Shown: positions 9,866 to 24,800 of the stretch, in pieces | Position numbering within the stretch: the stretch's first letter is position 1 | Layout of the letters: the number at the start of each line of letters is the position of its first letter | Assembly (NCBI GenBank): GCA_964016885.1 | Contig: OZ024747.1 | Coordinates: 33,170,001-33,234,000, forward strand | DNA length: 64,000 bases | Source: Eledone cirrhosa | Lineage: Eukaryota | Direction: 5' to 3' | Translations under genes and position numbers: made by a program | Notes under the pieces: generated by a model | Told to the model about the DNA's origin: nothing | The model's database searches: none | The model's input: only the letters and a program-made list of their open reading frames with translations

Positions 9866-12800
9866 AACAACAATACATGTAACAACAATAACAGACATAA
9901 CACTAGCAACGTTAACAACAATACATGTAACAACCATAACAGAAATAACACTAACAACGTTAACAACAATACATGTAACAACCATAACAGAAATAACACT
10001 AGCAACGTTAACAACAATACATGTAACAACCATAACAGAAATAACACTAACAACGTTAACAACAATACATGTAACAACCATAACAGAAATAACACTAGCA
10101 ACGTTAACAACAATACATGTAACAACCATAACAGAAATAACACTAACAACGTTAACAACAGTACATGTAACAACCATAACAGAAATAACACTAGCAACGT
10201 TAACAACAATACATGTAACAACCATAACAGAAATAACACTAGCAACGTTAACAACAATACATGTAACAACCATAACAGAAATAACACTAACAACGTTAAC
10301 AACAATACATGTAACAACCATAACAGAAATAACACTAACAACGTTAACAACAATACATGTAACAACCATAACAGAGATAACACTAACAACGTTAACAAAA
10401 ATACATGTAACAACCATAACAGAAATAACACTAACAACGTTAACAACAATACATGTAACAACCATAACAGAAATAACACTAACAACGTTAACAACAATAC
10501 ATGTAACAACCATAACAGAAATAACACTAACAACGTTAACAACGATACATGTAACAACCATAACAGAAATAACACTAACAACGTTAACAACAATACATGT
10601 AACAACCATAACAGAAATAACACTAGCAACGTTAACAACAATACATGTAAGAACCATAACAGAAATAACAGTAATAACGTTAACAACAATACATGTAACA
10701 ACCATAACAGAAATAACACTAACAACGTTAACGACAATATATGTAACAACCATAACAGAAATAACACTAGCAACGTTAACAACAATACATGTAACAACCA
10801 TAACAGAAATAACACTAACAACGTTAACAACAATACATGTAACAACCATAACAGAAATAACACTAACAACGTTAACAACAATACATGTAACAACCATAAC
10901 AGAAATAACACTAGTAACGTTAGCAACAATACATGTAACAACCATAACAGAAATAACACTAACAACGATAACAACAATACATGTAACAACCATAACAGAA
11001 ATAACACTAGCAACGTTAACAACAATACAGTAACAACCATAACGGAAATAACACTAACAACGTTAACAACAACCATAACAGAAATAACACTAGTAACGTT
11101 AACTACAATACATGTAACAACCATAGCAGAAATAAAACTAACAACGTTAACAACAATACATGTAACAACCATAACAGAAATAACACTAGTAACGTTAACA
11201 ACAATACATGTAACAACCATAACAGAAATAACACTAACAACGTTAACAACAATACATGTAACAACCATAACAGAAATAACACTAACAACGTTAACAACAA
11301 TACATGTAACAACCATAACAGAAATAACACTAACAACGTTAACAACAATACATGTAACAACCATAAAAGAAATGACACTAGTAACGTTAGCAACAATACA
11401 TGTAACAACCATAACAGAAATAAAACTAACAACGATAATAACAATACATGTAACAACCATAACAGAAATAACACTAGCAACGTTAACAGCAATACATGTA
11501 ACAACCATAACAGAAATAACAGTAACAACGTTAACAACAATACATGTAACAACCATAACAGAAATAACACTAACAACGTTAACAACAATACATGTAACAA
11601 CCATAACAGAAATAACACTAACAACGTTAACAACAATACATGTAACAACCATAACAGAAATAACACTAACAACGTTAACAACAATACATCTAACAAACAT
11701 AACAGAAATAACACTAACGACGTTAACAACAATACATGTAACAACCATAAAAGAAATGACACTAGTAACGTTAGCAACAATACATGTAACAACCATAACA
11801 GAAATAAAACTAACAACGATAACAACAATACATGTAACAACCATAACAGAAATAACACTAGCAACGTTAACAACAATACAGTAACAACCATAACGGAAAT
11901 AACACTAGCAACGTTAACAACAACCATAACAGAAAAAACACTAGTAACGTTAACAACAATACATGTAACAACCATAACAGAAATAACACTAGTAACGTTA
12001 ACAACAATACATGTAACAACCATAACAGAAATAACACTAGTAACATTAACAACAATACATGTAACAACCATAACAGAAATAACACTACTAACGTTAACAA
12101 CAATACATGTAACAACCATAACAGAAATAACACTAGCAACGTTAACAACAATACATGTAACAACCATAACACAAATAACACTAGCAAAGTTAACAACAAT
12201 ACATGTAACAAACATAACAGAAATAACACTAACAACGTTAACAACAATACATGTAACAACCATAACAGAATTAACACTAACAACGTTAACAACAATCCAT
12301 GTAACAACCATAACAGAGATAACACTAACAACGTTAACAAAAATACATGTAACAACCTTAACAGAAATAACACTAACAACGTTAACAACAATACATCTAA
12401 CAACCATTACAGAGATAACACTAACCACGTTAACAAAAATACATGTAACAACCATAACAGAAATAACACTAACAACGTTAACAAAAATACATGTAACAAC
12501 CTTAACAGAAATAACACTAACAACGTTAACAACAATACAAGTAAAAAAACAAAACAGAAATAACACTAACAACGTTAACAACAATACATGTAACAGCCAT
12601 AACAGAAATAACACTAGCAACGTTAACAACAATACATGTAAGAACCATAACAGAAATAACAGTAACAACGTTAACAACAATACATGTAACAACCATAACA
12701 GAAATAACATTGCAACGTTAACAACAATACATGTAACAACCATAACAGAAATAACACTAGCAACGTTAACAACAATACATGTAACAACCATAACAGAAAT

Positions 12801-15800
12801 AACACTAACAACGTTAACAACAATACATGTAACAACCATAACAGAAATAACACTAACAACGTTAACAACAATACATGTAACAGCCATAACAGAAATAACA
12901 CTAGTAACGTTAGCAACAATACATGTAACAACCATAACAGAAATAACACTAACAACGATAACAACAATACATGTAACAACCATAACAGAAATAACACTAG
13001 CAACGTTAACAACAATACAGTAACAACCATAACGGAAATAACACTAACAATGTTAACAACAACCATAACAGAAATAACACTAGTAAAGTTAACAACAATA
13101 CATGTAACAGCCATAGCAGAAATAACACTAACAACGTTAACAACAATACATGTAACAACCATAACAGAAATAACACTAGTAACGTTAACAACAATACATG
13201 TAACAACCATAACAGAAATAACACTAACAACGTTAACAACAATACATGTAACAACCATAACAGAAATAACACTAGTAACGTTAACAACAATACATGTAAC
13301 AACCATAACAGAAATAACACTACCAACGTTAACAACAATACATGTAACAACCATAACAGAAATAACACTAACAACGTTAACAACAATACATGTAACAACC
13401 ATAACAGAAATAACACTAACAACGTTAACAACAATACATGTAACAACCATAACAGAAATAACACTAACAACGTTAACAACAATACATGTAACAACCATAA
13501 CAGAAACAACACTAACAACGTTAACAACAATACATGTAACAACCATAAAAGAAATAACACTAACAACGTTAACAACAATACATGTAACAACCATAACAGA
13601 AATAACAGTAACAAAGTTAAATAACAATACATGTAACAACCATAACAGAAATAACACTAACAACATTAACAACAATACATGTAACAACCATAACAGAAAT
13701 AACACTAACAACGTTAACAACAATACATGTAACAACCATAACAGAAATAACACTACTAACGTTAACAACAATACATGTAACAGCCATAACAGAAATAACA
13801 CTAGCAACGTTAACAACAATACATGTAACAACTATAACACAAATAACACTAGCAACGTTAACAACAATACATGTAACAAACATAACAGAAATAACACTAA
13901 CAACGTTAACAACAATACATGTAACAACCATAACAGAATTAACACTAACAACGTTAACAACAATACATGTAACAACCATAACAGAGATAACACTAACAAC
14001 GTGAACAAAAATACATGTAACAACCTTAACAGAAATAACACTAACAACGTTAACAACAATACAGTAACAACCATAACGGAAATAACACTAACAACGTTAA
14101 CAACAACCATAACAGAAATAACACTAGCAACGTTAACAACAATACATGTAACAACCATAACAGAAATAACACTAACAACGTTAACAACAACCATAACAGA
14201 AATAACACTAGCAACGTTAACAACAATACATGTAACAACCATAACAGAAATAACACTAACAACGTTAACAACAACCATAACAGAAATAACACTAGCAACG
14301 TTAACAACAATACATGTAACAACCATAACAGAAATAATACTAACAACGTTAACAACAACCATAACAGAAATAACACTAACAACGTTAAGAAGAACCATAA
14401 CAGAAATAACACTAGCAACGTTAACAACAATACATGTAACAACCATAACAGAAATAACACTAACAACGTTAACAATAACCATAACAGAAAGAACACTAGC
14501 AACGTTAACAACAATACATGTAACAACCATAACAGAAATAAGACTAACAACGTTAACAACAACCATAACAGAAATAACACTAGCAACGTTAACAACAATA
14601 CATGTAACAACCATAACAGAAATAACACTAACAACGTTAACAACAACCATAACAGAAATAACACTAGCAACGTTAACAACAATACATGTAACAACCATAA
14701 CAGGCATAACACTAACAACGTTAACAACAATACATGTAACAAACATAACAGAAATAACACTAACAACGTTAACAACAATACATGTAACAACCAGAACAGA
14801 AATAACACTAACGACGATAACAGCAATACTTGTAACAACCATAACAGAAATAACACTAACAACGTTAACAACAACCATAACAGAAATAACACTAGTAACG
14901 TTAACAACAATACATGTAACAACCATAACAGAAATAACACTAACAACGTTAACAACAATACATGTAACAACCATAACAGAAATAACACTAGTAACATTAA
15001 CAACAATACATGTAACAACCATACCAGAAATAACACTAGTAACGTTAACAACAATACATGTAACAACCATAACAGAAATAACACTAGCAACGTTAACAAC
15101 AATACATTTAACAACCATAACACAAATAACACTAGCAACGTTAACAACAATACATGTAACAACCATAACAGAAACAACACTAACAACGTTAACAACAATA
15201 CATGTAACAACCATAACAGAACTAACACTAACAACGTTAACAACAATACATGTAACAACCATAACATAGATAACACTAACAACGTTAACAAAAATACATG
15301 TAACAACCTTAACAGAAATAACACTAACAACGTTAACAACAATACATGTAACAACCATAACAGAAATAACACTAGTAACGTTAACAGCAATACATGTAAC
15401 AACCATAACAGAAATAACACTAACAACGTTAACAACAATACATGTAACAACCATAACAGAAATAACAATAGTAACGTTAACAACAATACATGTAACAACC
15501 ATAACAGAAATAACACTAACAACGTTAACAACAATACATGTAACAACCATAACAGAAATAACACTAACAACGTTAACAACAATACATGTAACAACCATAA
15601 CAGAAATAACACTAACAACGTTAACAACAATACATGTAACAACCATAACAGAAATAGCACTAACAACGTTAACAACAATACATTTAACAAACATAACAGA
15701 AATAACATTAATAACGTTAACAACAATACATGTAACAACCATAAAAGAAATGACACTAGTAACGTTAGCAACAATACATGTAACAACCATAACAGAAATA

Positions 15801-18800
15801 AAACTAACGACGATAATAACAATACATGTAACAAACATAACAGAATTAACACTAACAACGTTAACAACAACCATAACAGAAATAACACTAGTAACGTTAA
15901 CAACAATACATGTAACAACCATAACAGAAATAACACTAACAACGTTAACAACAATACATGTAACAACCATAACACTAGTAACATTAACAGCAATACATGT
16001 AACAACCATAACAGAAATAACACTACTAACGTTAGCAACAATACATGTAACAACCATAACAGAAATAACACTAGCAACGTTAACAACAATACATGTTACA
16101 ACCATAACAGAAATAACACTAACAACGTTAACAACAATACATGTAACAACCATAACAGAAATAACACTAACAACGTTAACAACAATACACGTAACAACCA
16201 TAACAGAAATAACACTAACAACGTTAACAACAATACATGTAACAACCATAACAGAAATAACACTAGTAACGTTAGCAACAATACATGTAACAACCATAAC
16301 AGAAATAACACTAACAACGATAACAACAATACATGTAACAACCATAACAGAAATAACACTAGCAAAGTTAACAACAATACAGTAACAACCATAACGGAAA
16401 TAACACTAACAACGTTAACAACAACCATAACAGAAATAACACTAGTAACGTTAACAACAATACATGTAACAACCATAGCAGAAATAACACTAACAACGTT
16501 AACAACAATACATGTAACAACCATAACAGAAATAACACTAGTAACGTTAACAACAATACATGTAACAACCATAACAGAAATAACACTAACAACGTTAACA
16601 ACAATACATGTAACAACCATAACAGAAATAACACTAGTAACGTTAACAACAATACATGTAACAACCATAACAGAAATAACACTAACAACGTTAACAACAA
16701 TACATGTAACAACCATAACAGAAATAACACTAACAACGTTAACAACAATATATGTAACAACCATAACAGAAATAACACTAACAACGTTAACAACAATACA
16801 TGTAACAACCATAACAGAAATAACAGTAACAACGTTAACAACAATACATGTAACAACCATAACAGAAATAACACTAGTAACGTTAACAACAATACATGTA
16901 ACAACCATAACAGAAATAACAGTAACAACGTTAACAACAATACATGTAACAACCATAACAGAAAGAACACTAGCAACGTTAACAACAATACATGTAACAA
17001 CCATAACAGAAATAATATTAGCAACGTTAACAACAATACATGTAACAACCATAACCGAAATAACACTAGCAACGTTAACAATAATACATGTAAGAACCAT
17101 AACAGAAATAACACTAACAACGTTAACAACAATACATGTAACAACTATAACAGAAATAACACTAGTAACGTTAACAATAATACATGTAACAACCATAACA
17201 GAAATAACACTAACAACGTTAACAACAATACATGTAACAAACATAACAGAAATAACTCTAACAACGTTAACAACAATACATGTAACAACCATAACAGAAA
17301 TAACACTAGCAACGTTAACAACAATACATGTAACAACCATAACAGAAATAACACTAACAACGTTAACAACAATACATGTAACAAACATAACAGAAATAAC
17401 ACTAACAAAGTTAACAACAGTACATGTAACAACCAGAACAGAAATAACACTAACGACGATAACAACAATACTTGTAACAACCATAACAGAAATAACACTA
17501 ACAACGTTAACAACAATACATGTAACAACTATAACAGAAATAACACTAGTAACGTTAACAATAATACATGTAACAACCATAACAGAAATAACACTAACAA
17601 CGTTAACAACAATACATGTAACAACCATAACAGAAATAACACTAGCAACGTTAACAACAATACATGTAACAACCATAGCAGAAATAACACTAACAACGTT
17701 AACAACAATACATGTAACAACCATAACAGAAATAACACTAACAACGTTAACAACAATACATGTAACAACCATAACAGAAATAACACTAGTAACGTTAACA
17801 ACAATACATGTAACAACCATAACAGAAATAACACTAACAACGTTAACAACAATACATGTAACAACCATAACAGAAATAAAACTAACAACGATAATAACAA
17901 TACATGTAACAAACATAACAGAATTAACACTAACAACGTTAACAACAATCATAACAGAAATAACACTAGTAACATTAACAACAATATATGTAACAACCAT
18001 AACAGAAATAACACTAGCAACGTTAACAACAATACATGTAACAAACATAACAGAAATAACACTAACAACGTTAACAACAATACATGTAACAACCATAACA
18101 GAAATAACACTAACAACGTTAACAACCATACATGTAACAACCATAACAGAGATAACACTAACAACGTTAACAACAATACATGTAAGAACCATAACAGAAA
18201 TAACACTAACAACGTTAACAACAATACATGTAACAACCATAACAGAGATAACACTAACAACGTTAACAAAAATACATGTAACAACCTTAACAGAAATAAC
18301 ACTAACAACGTTAACAACAATACATGTAACCACCATAAAAGAAATAACACTAACAACGTTAACAACAATACATGTAACAACCATAACAGAAATAACACTA
18401 ACAACGTTAACAACAATACATGTAACAACCATAACAGAAATAACACTAGCAACGTTAACAACAATACATGTAAGAACCATAACAGAAATAACAGTAACAA
18501 CGTTAACAACAATACATGTAACAACCATAACAGAAATAACATTGCAACGCTAACAACAATACATGTAACAACCATAACAGAAATAACACTAGCAACGTTA
18601 ACAACAATACATGTAACAACCATAACAGAAATAACACTACTAACGTTAACAACAATACATGTAACAACCATAACAGAAATAACACTAGCAACGTTAACAA
18701 CAATACATGTAACAACCATAACAGAAATAACACTAACAACGTTAACAACAATACATGTAACAACCATAACAGAAATAACACTAACAACGTTAACAACAAT

Positions 18801-21800
18801 ACACGTAACAACCATAACAGAAATAACACTAACAACGTTAACAACAATACATGTAACAACCATAACAGAAATAACACTAGTAACGTTAGCAACAATACAT
18901 GTAACAACCATAACAGAAATAACACTAACAACGATAACAACAATACATGTAACAACCATAACAGAAATAACACTAGCAAAGTTAACAACAATACAGTAAC
19001 AACCATAACGGAAATAACACTAACAACGTTAACAACAACCATAACAGAAATAACACTAGTAACGTTAACAACAATACATGTAACAACCATAGCAGAAATA
19101 ACACTAACAACGTTAACAACAATACATGTAACAACCATAACAGAAATAACACTAGTAACGTTAACAACAATACATGTAACAACCATAACAGAAATAACAC
19201 TAACAACGTTAACAACAATACATGTAACAACCATAACAGAAATAACACTAGTAACGTTAACAACAATACATGTAACAACCATAACAGAAATAACACTAAC
19301 AACGTTAACAACAATACATGTAACAACCATAACAGAAATAACACTAACAACGTTAACAACAATATATGTAACAACCATAACAGAAATAACACTAACAACG
19401 TTAACAACAATACATGTAACAACCATAACAGAAATAACAGTAACAACGTTAACAACAATACATGTAACAACCATAACAGAAATAACACTAGTAACGTTAA
19501 CAACAATACATGTAACAACCATAACAGAAATAACAGTAACAACGTTAACAACAATACATGTAACAACCATAACAGAAAGAACACTAGCAACGTTAACAAC
19601 AATACATGTAACAACCATAACAGAAATAATATTAGCAACGTTAACAACAATACATGTAACAACCATAACCGAAATAACACTAGCAACGTTAACAATAATA
19701 CATGTAAGAACCATAACAGAAATAACACTAACAACGTTAACAACAATACATGTAACAACTATAACAGAAATAACACTAGTAACGTTAACAATAATACATG
19801 TAACAACCATAACAGAAATAACACTAACAACGTTAACAACAATACATGTAACAAACATAACAGAAATAACTCTAACAACGTTAACAACAATACATGTAAC
19901 AACCATAACAGAAATAACACTAGCAACGTTAACAACAATACATGTAACAACCATAACAGAAATAACACTAACAACGTTAACAACAATACATGTAACAAAC
20001 ATAACAGAAATAACACTAACAAAGTTAACAACAGTACATGTAACAACCAGAACAGAAATAACACTAACGACGATAACAACAATACTTGTAACAACCATAA
20101 CAGAAATAACACTAACAACGTTAACAACAATACATGTAACAACTATAACAGAAATAACACTAGTAACGTTAACAATAATACATGTAACAACCATAACAGA
20201 AATAACACTAACAACGTTAACAACAATACATGTAACAACCATAACAGAAATAACACTAGCAACGTTAACAACAATACATGTAACAACCATAGCAGAAATA
20301 ACACTAACAACGTTAACAACAATACATGTAACAACCATAACAGAAATAACACTAACAACGTTAACAACAATACATGTAACAACCATAACAGAAATAACAC
20401 TAGTAACGTTAACAACAATACATGTAACAACCATAACAGAAATAACACTAACAACGTTAACAACAATACATGTAACAACCATAACAGAAATAAAACTAAC
20501 AACGATAATAACAATACATGTAACAAACATAACAGAATTAACACTAACAACGTTAACAACAATCATAACAGAAATAACACTAGTAACATTAACAACAATA
20601 TATGTAACAACCATAACAGAAATAACACTAGCAACGTTAACAACAATACATGTAACAAACATAACAGAAATAACACTAACAACGTTAACAACAATACATG
20701 TAACAACCATAACAGAAATAACACTAACAACGTTAACAACCATACATGTAACAACCATAACAGAGATAACACTAACAACGTTAACAACAATACATGTAAG
20801 AACCATAACAGAAATAACACTAACAACGTTAACAACAATACATGTAACAACCATAACAGAGATAACACTAACAACGTTAACAAAAATACATGTAACAACC
20901 TTAACAGAAATAACACTAACAACGTTAACAACAATACATGTAACCACCATAAAAGAAATAACACTAACAACGTTAACAACAATACATGTAACAACCATAA
21001 CAGAAATAACACTAACAACGTTAACAACAATACATGTAACAACCATAACAGAAATAATACTAGCAACGTTAACAACAATACATGTAAGAACCATAACAGA
21101 AATAACAGTAACAACGTTAACAACAATACATGTAACAACCATAACAGAAATAACATTGCAACGCTAACAACAATACATGTAACAACCATAACAGAAATAA
21201 CACTAGCAACGTTAACAACAATACATGTAACAACCATAACAGAAATAACACTAACAACGTTAACAACAATACACGTAACAACCATAACAGAAATAACACT
21301 AACAACGTTAACAACAATACATGTAACAACCATAACAGAAATAACACTAGTAACGTTAGCAACAATACATGTAACAACCATAACAGAAATAACACTAACA
21401 ACGATAACAACAATACATGTAACAACCATAACAGAAATAACACTAGCAACGTTAACAACAATACATGTAACAACCATAACAGAAATAACAGTAACAACGT
21501 TAACAACAATACATGTAACAACCATAACAGAAATAACACTAGTAACGTTAACAACAATACATGTAACAACCATAACAGAAATAACACTAACAACGTTAAC
21601 AACAATACATGTAACAACCATAACAGAAATAACACTAGTAACGTTAACAACAATACATGTAACAACCATAACAGAAATAACACTAACAACGTTAACAACA
21701 ATATATGTAACAACCATAACAGAAATAACACTAACAACGTTAACAACAATACATGTAACAACCATAACAGAAATAACACTAACAACGTTAACAACAATAC

Positions 21801-24800
21801 ATGTAACAACCATAACAGAAATAACAGTAACAACGTTAACAACAATACATGTAACAACCATAACAGAAATAACACTAGTAACGTTAACAACAATACATGT
21901 AACAACCATAACAGAAATAACAGTAACAACGTTAACAACAATACATGTAACAACCATAACAGAAATAACACTAGCAACGTTAACAACAATACATGTAACA
22001 ACCATAACAGAAATAACACTAGCAACGTTAACAAAAATACATGTAACAACCATAACAGAAATAACACTAGCAACGTTAACAACAATACATGTAACAACCA
22101 TAACAGAAAGAACACTAGCAACGTTAACAACAATACATGTAACAACCATAACAGAAATAATATTAGCAACGTTAACAACAATACATGTAACAACCATAAC
22201 AGAAATAACACTAGCAACGTTAACAACAATACATGTAAGAACCATAACAGAAATAACACTAACAACGTTAACAACAATACATGTAACAACTATAACAGAA
22301 ATAACACTAGTAACGTTAACAATAATACATGTAACAACCATAACAGAAATAACACTAACAACGTTAACAACAATACATGTAACAAACATAACAGAAATAA
22401 CTCTAACAACGTTAACAACAATACATGTAACAACCATAACAGAAATAACACTAGCAACGTTAACAACAATACATGTAACAACCATAACAGAAATAACACT
22501 AACAACGTTAACAACAATACATGTAACAAACATAACAGAAATAACACTAACAAAGTTAACAACAGTACATGTAACAACCAGAACAGAAATAACACTAACG
22601 ACGATAACAACAATACTTGTAACAACCATAACAGAAATAACACTAACAACGTTAACAACAATACATGTAACAACTATAACAGAAATAACACTAGTAACGT
22701 TAACAATAATACATGTAACAACCATAACAGAAATAACACTAACAACGTTAACAACAATACATGTAACAACCATAACAGAAATAACACTAACAACGTTAAC
22801 AACAATACATGTAACAACCATAACAGAAATAACACTAGTAACGTTAACAACAATACATGTAACAACCATAACAGAAATAAAACTAACAACGATAATAACA
22901 ATACATGTAACAAACATAACAGAATTAACACTAACAACGTTAACAACAATCATAACAGAAATAACACTAGTAACATTAACAAGAATATATGTAACAACCA
23001 TAACAGAAATAACACTAGCAACGTTAACAACAATACATGTAACAAACATAACAGAAATAACACTAACAACGTTAACAACAATACATGTAACAACCATAAC
23101 AGAAATAACACTAACAACGTTAACAACCATACATGTAACAACCATAACAGAGATAACACTAACAACGTTAACAACAATACATGTAAGAACCATAACAGAA
23201 ATAACACTAACAACGTTAACAACAATACCTGTAACAACCATAACAGAAATAACACTAACAACGTTAACAACAATACATGTAACAACCATAACAGAAATAA
23301 CACTAACAACGTTAACAACCATACATGTAACAACCATAACAGAGATAACACTAACAACGTTAACAACAATACATGTAAGAACCATAACAGAAATAACACT
23401 AACAACGTTAACAACAATACATGTAAGAACCATAACAGAAATAACAGTAACAATGTTAACAACAATACATGTAACAACCATAACAGAAATACCATTGCAA
23501 CGTTAACAACAATACATGTAACAACCATAACAGAAATAACACTAGTAACGTTAGCAACAATACATGTAACAACCATAACAGAAATAACATTAACAACGAT
23601 AACAACAATACATGTAACAACCATAACAGAAATAACACTAGCAACGTAAAACAATAATACAGTAACAACCATAACGGAAATAACACTAACAACGTTAACA
23701 ACAACCATAACAGAAATAACACTAGTAACGTTAACAACAATACATGTAACAACCATAGCAGAAATAACACTAACAACGTTAACAACAATACATGTAACAA
23801 CCATAACAGAAATAACACTAGTAACGTTAACAACAATACATGTAACAACCATAGCAGAAATAACACTAACAACGTTAACAACAATACATGTAACAACCAT
23901 AACAGAAATAACACTAGTAACGTTAACAACAATACATGTAACAACCATAACAGAAATAACACTAACAACATTAACAACAATACATGTAACAACCATAACA
24001 GAAATAACACTAACAACGTTAACAACAATACATGTAACAACCATAACAGAAATAACACTAGTAACGTTAACAACAATACATGTAACAACCATAACAGAAA
24101 TAACACTAACAACGTTAACAACAATACATGTAACAACCATAACAGAAATAAAACTAACAACGATAATAACAATACATGTAACAAACATAACAGAATTAAC
24201 ACTAACAACGTTAACAACAATCATAACAGAAATAACACTAGTAACATTAACAACAATATATGTAACAACCATAACAGAAATAACACTAGCAACGTTAACA
24301 ACAATACATGTAACAAACATAACAGAAATAACACTAACAACGTTAACAACAATACATGTAACAACCATAACAGAAATAACACTAACAACGTTAACAACCA
24401 TACATGTAACAACCATAACAGAGATAACACTAACAACGTTAACAACAATACATGTAAGAACCATAACAGAAATAACACTAACAACGTTAACAACAATACC
24501 TGTAACAACCATAACAGAAATAACACTAACAACGTTAACAACAATACATGTAACAACCATAACAGAAATAACACTAACAACGTTAACAACCATACATGTA
24601 ACAACCATAACAGAGATAACACTAACAACGTTAACAACAATACATGTAAGAACCATAACAGAAATAACACTAACAACGTTAACAACAATACATGTAAGAA
24701 CCATAACAGAAATAACAGTAACAATGTTAACAACAATACATGTGACAACCATAACAGAAATAACATTGCAACGTTAACAACAATACATGTAACAACCATA

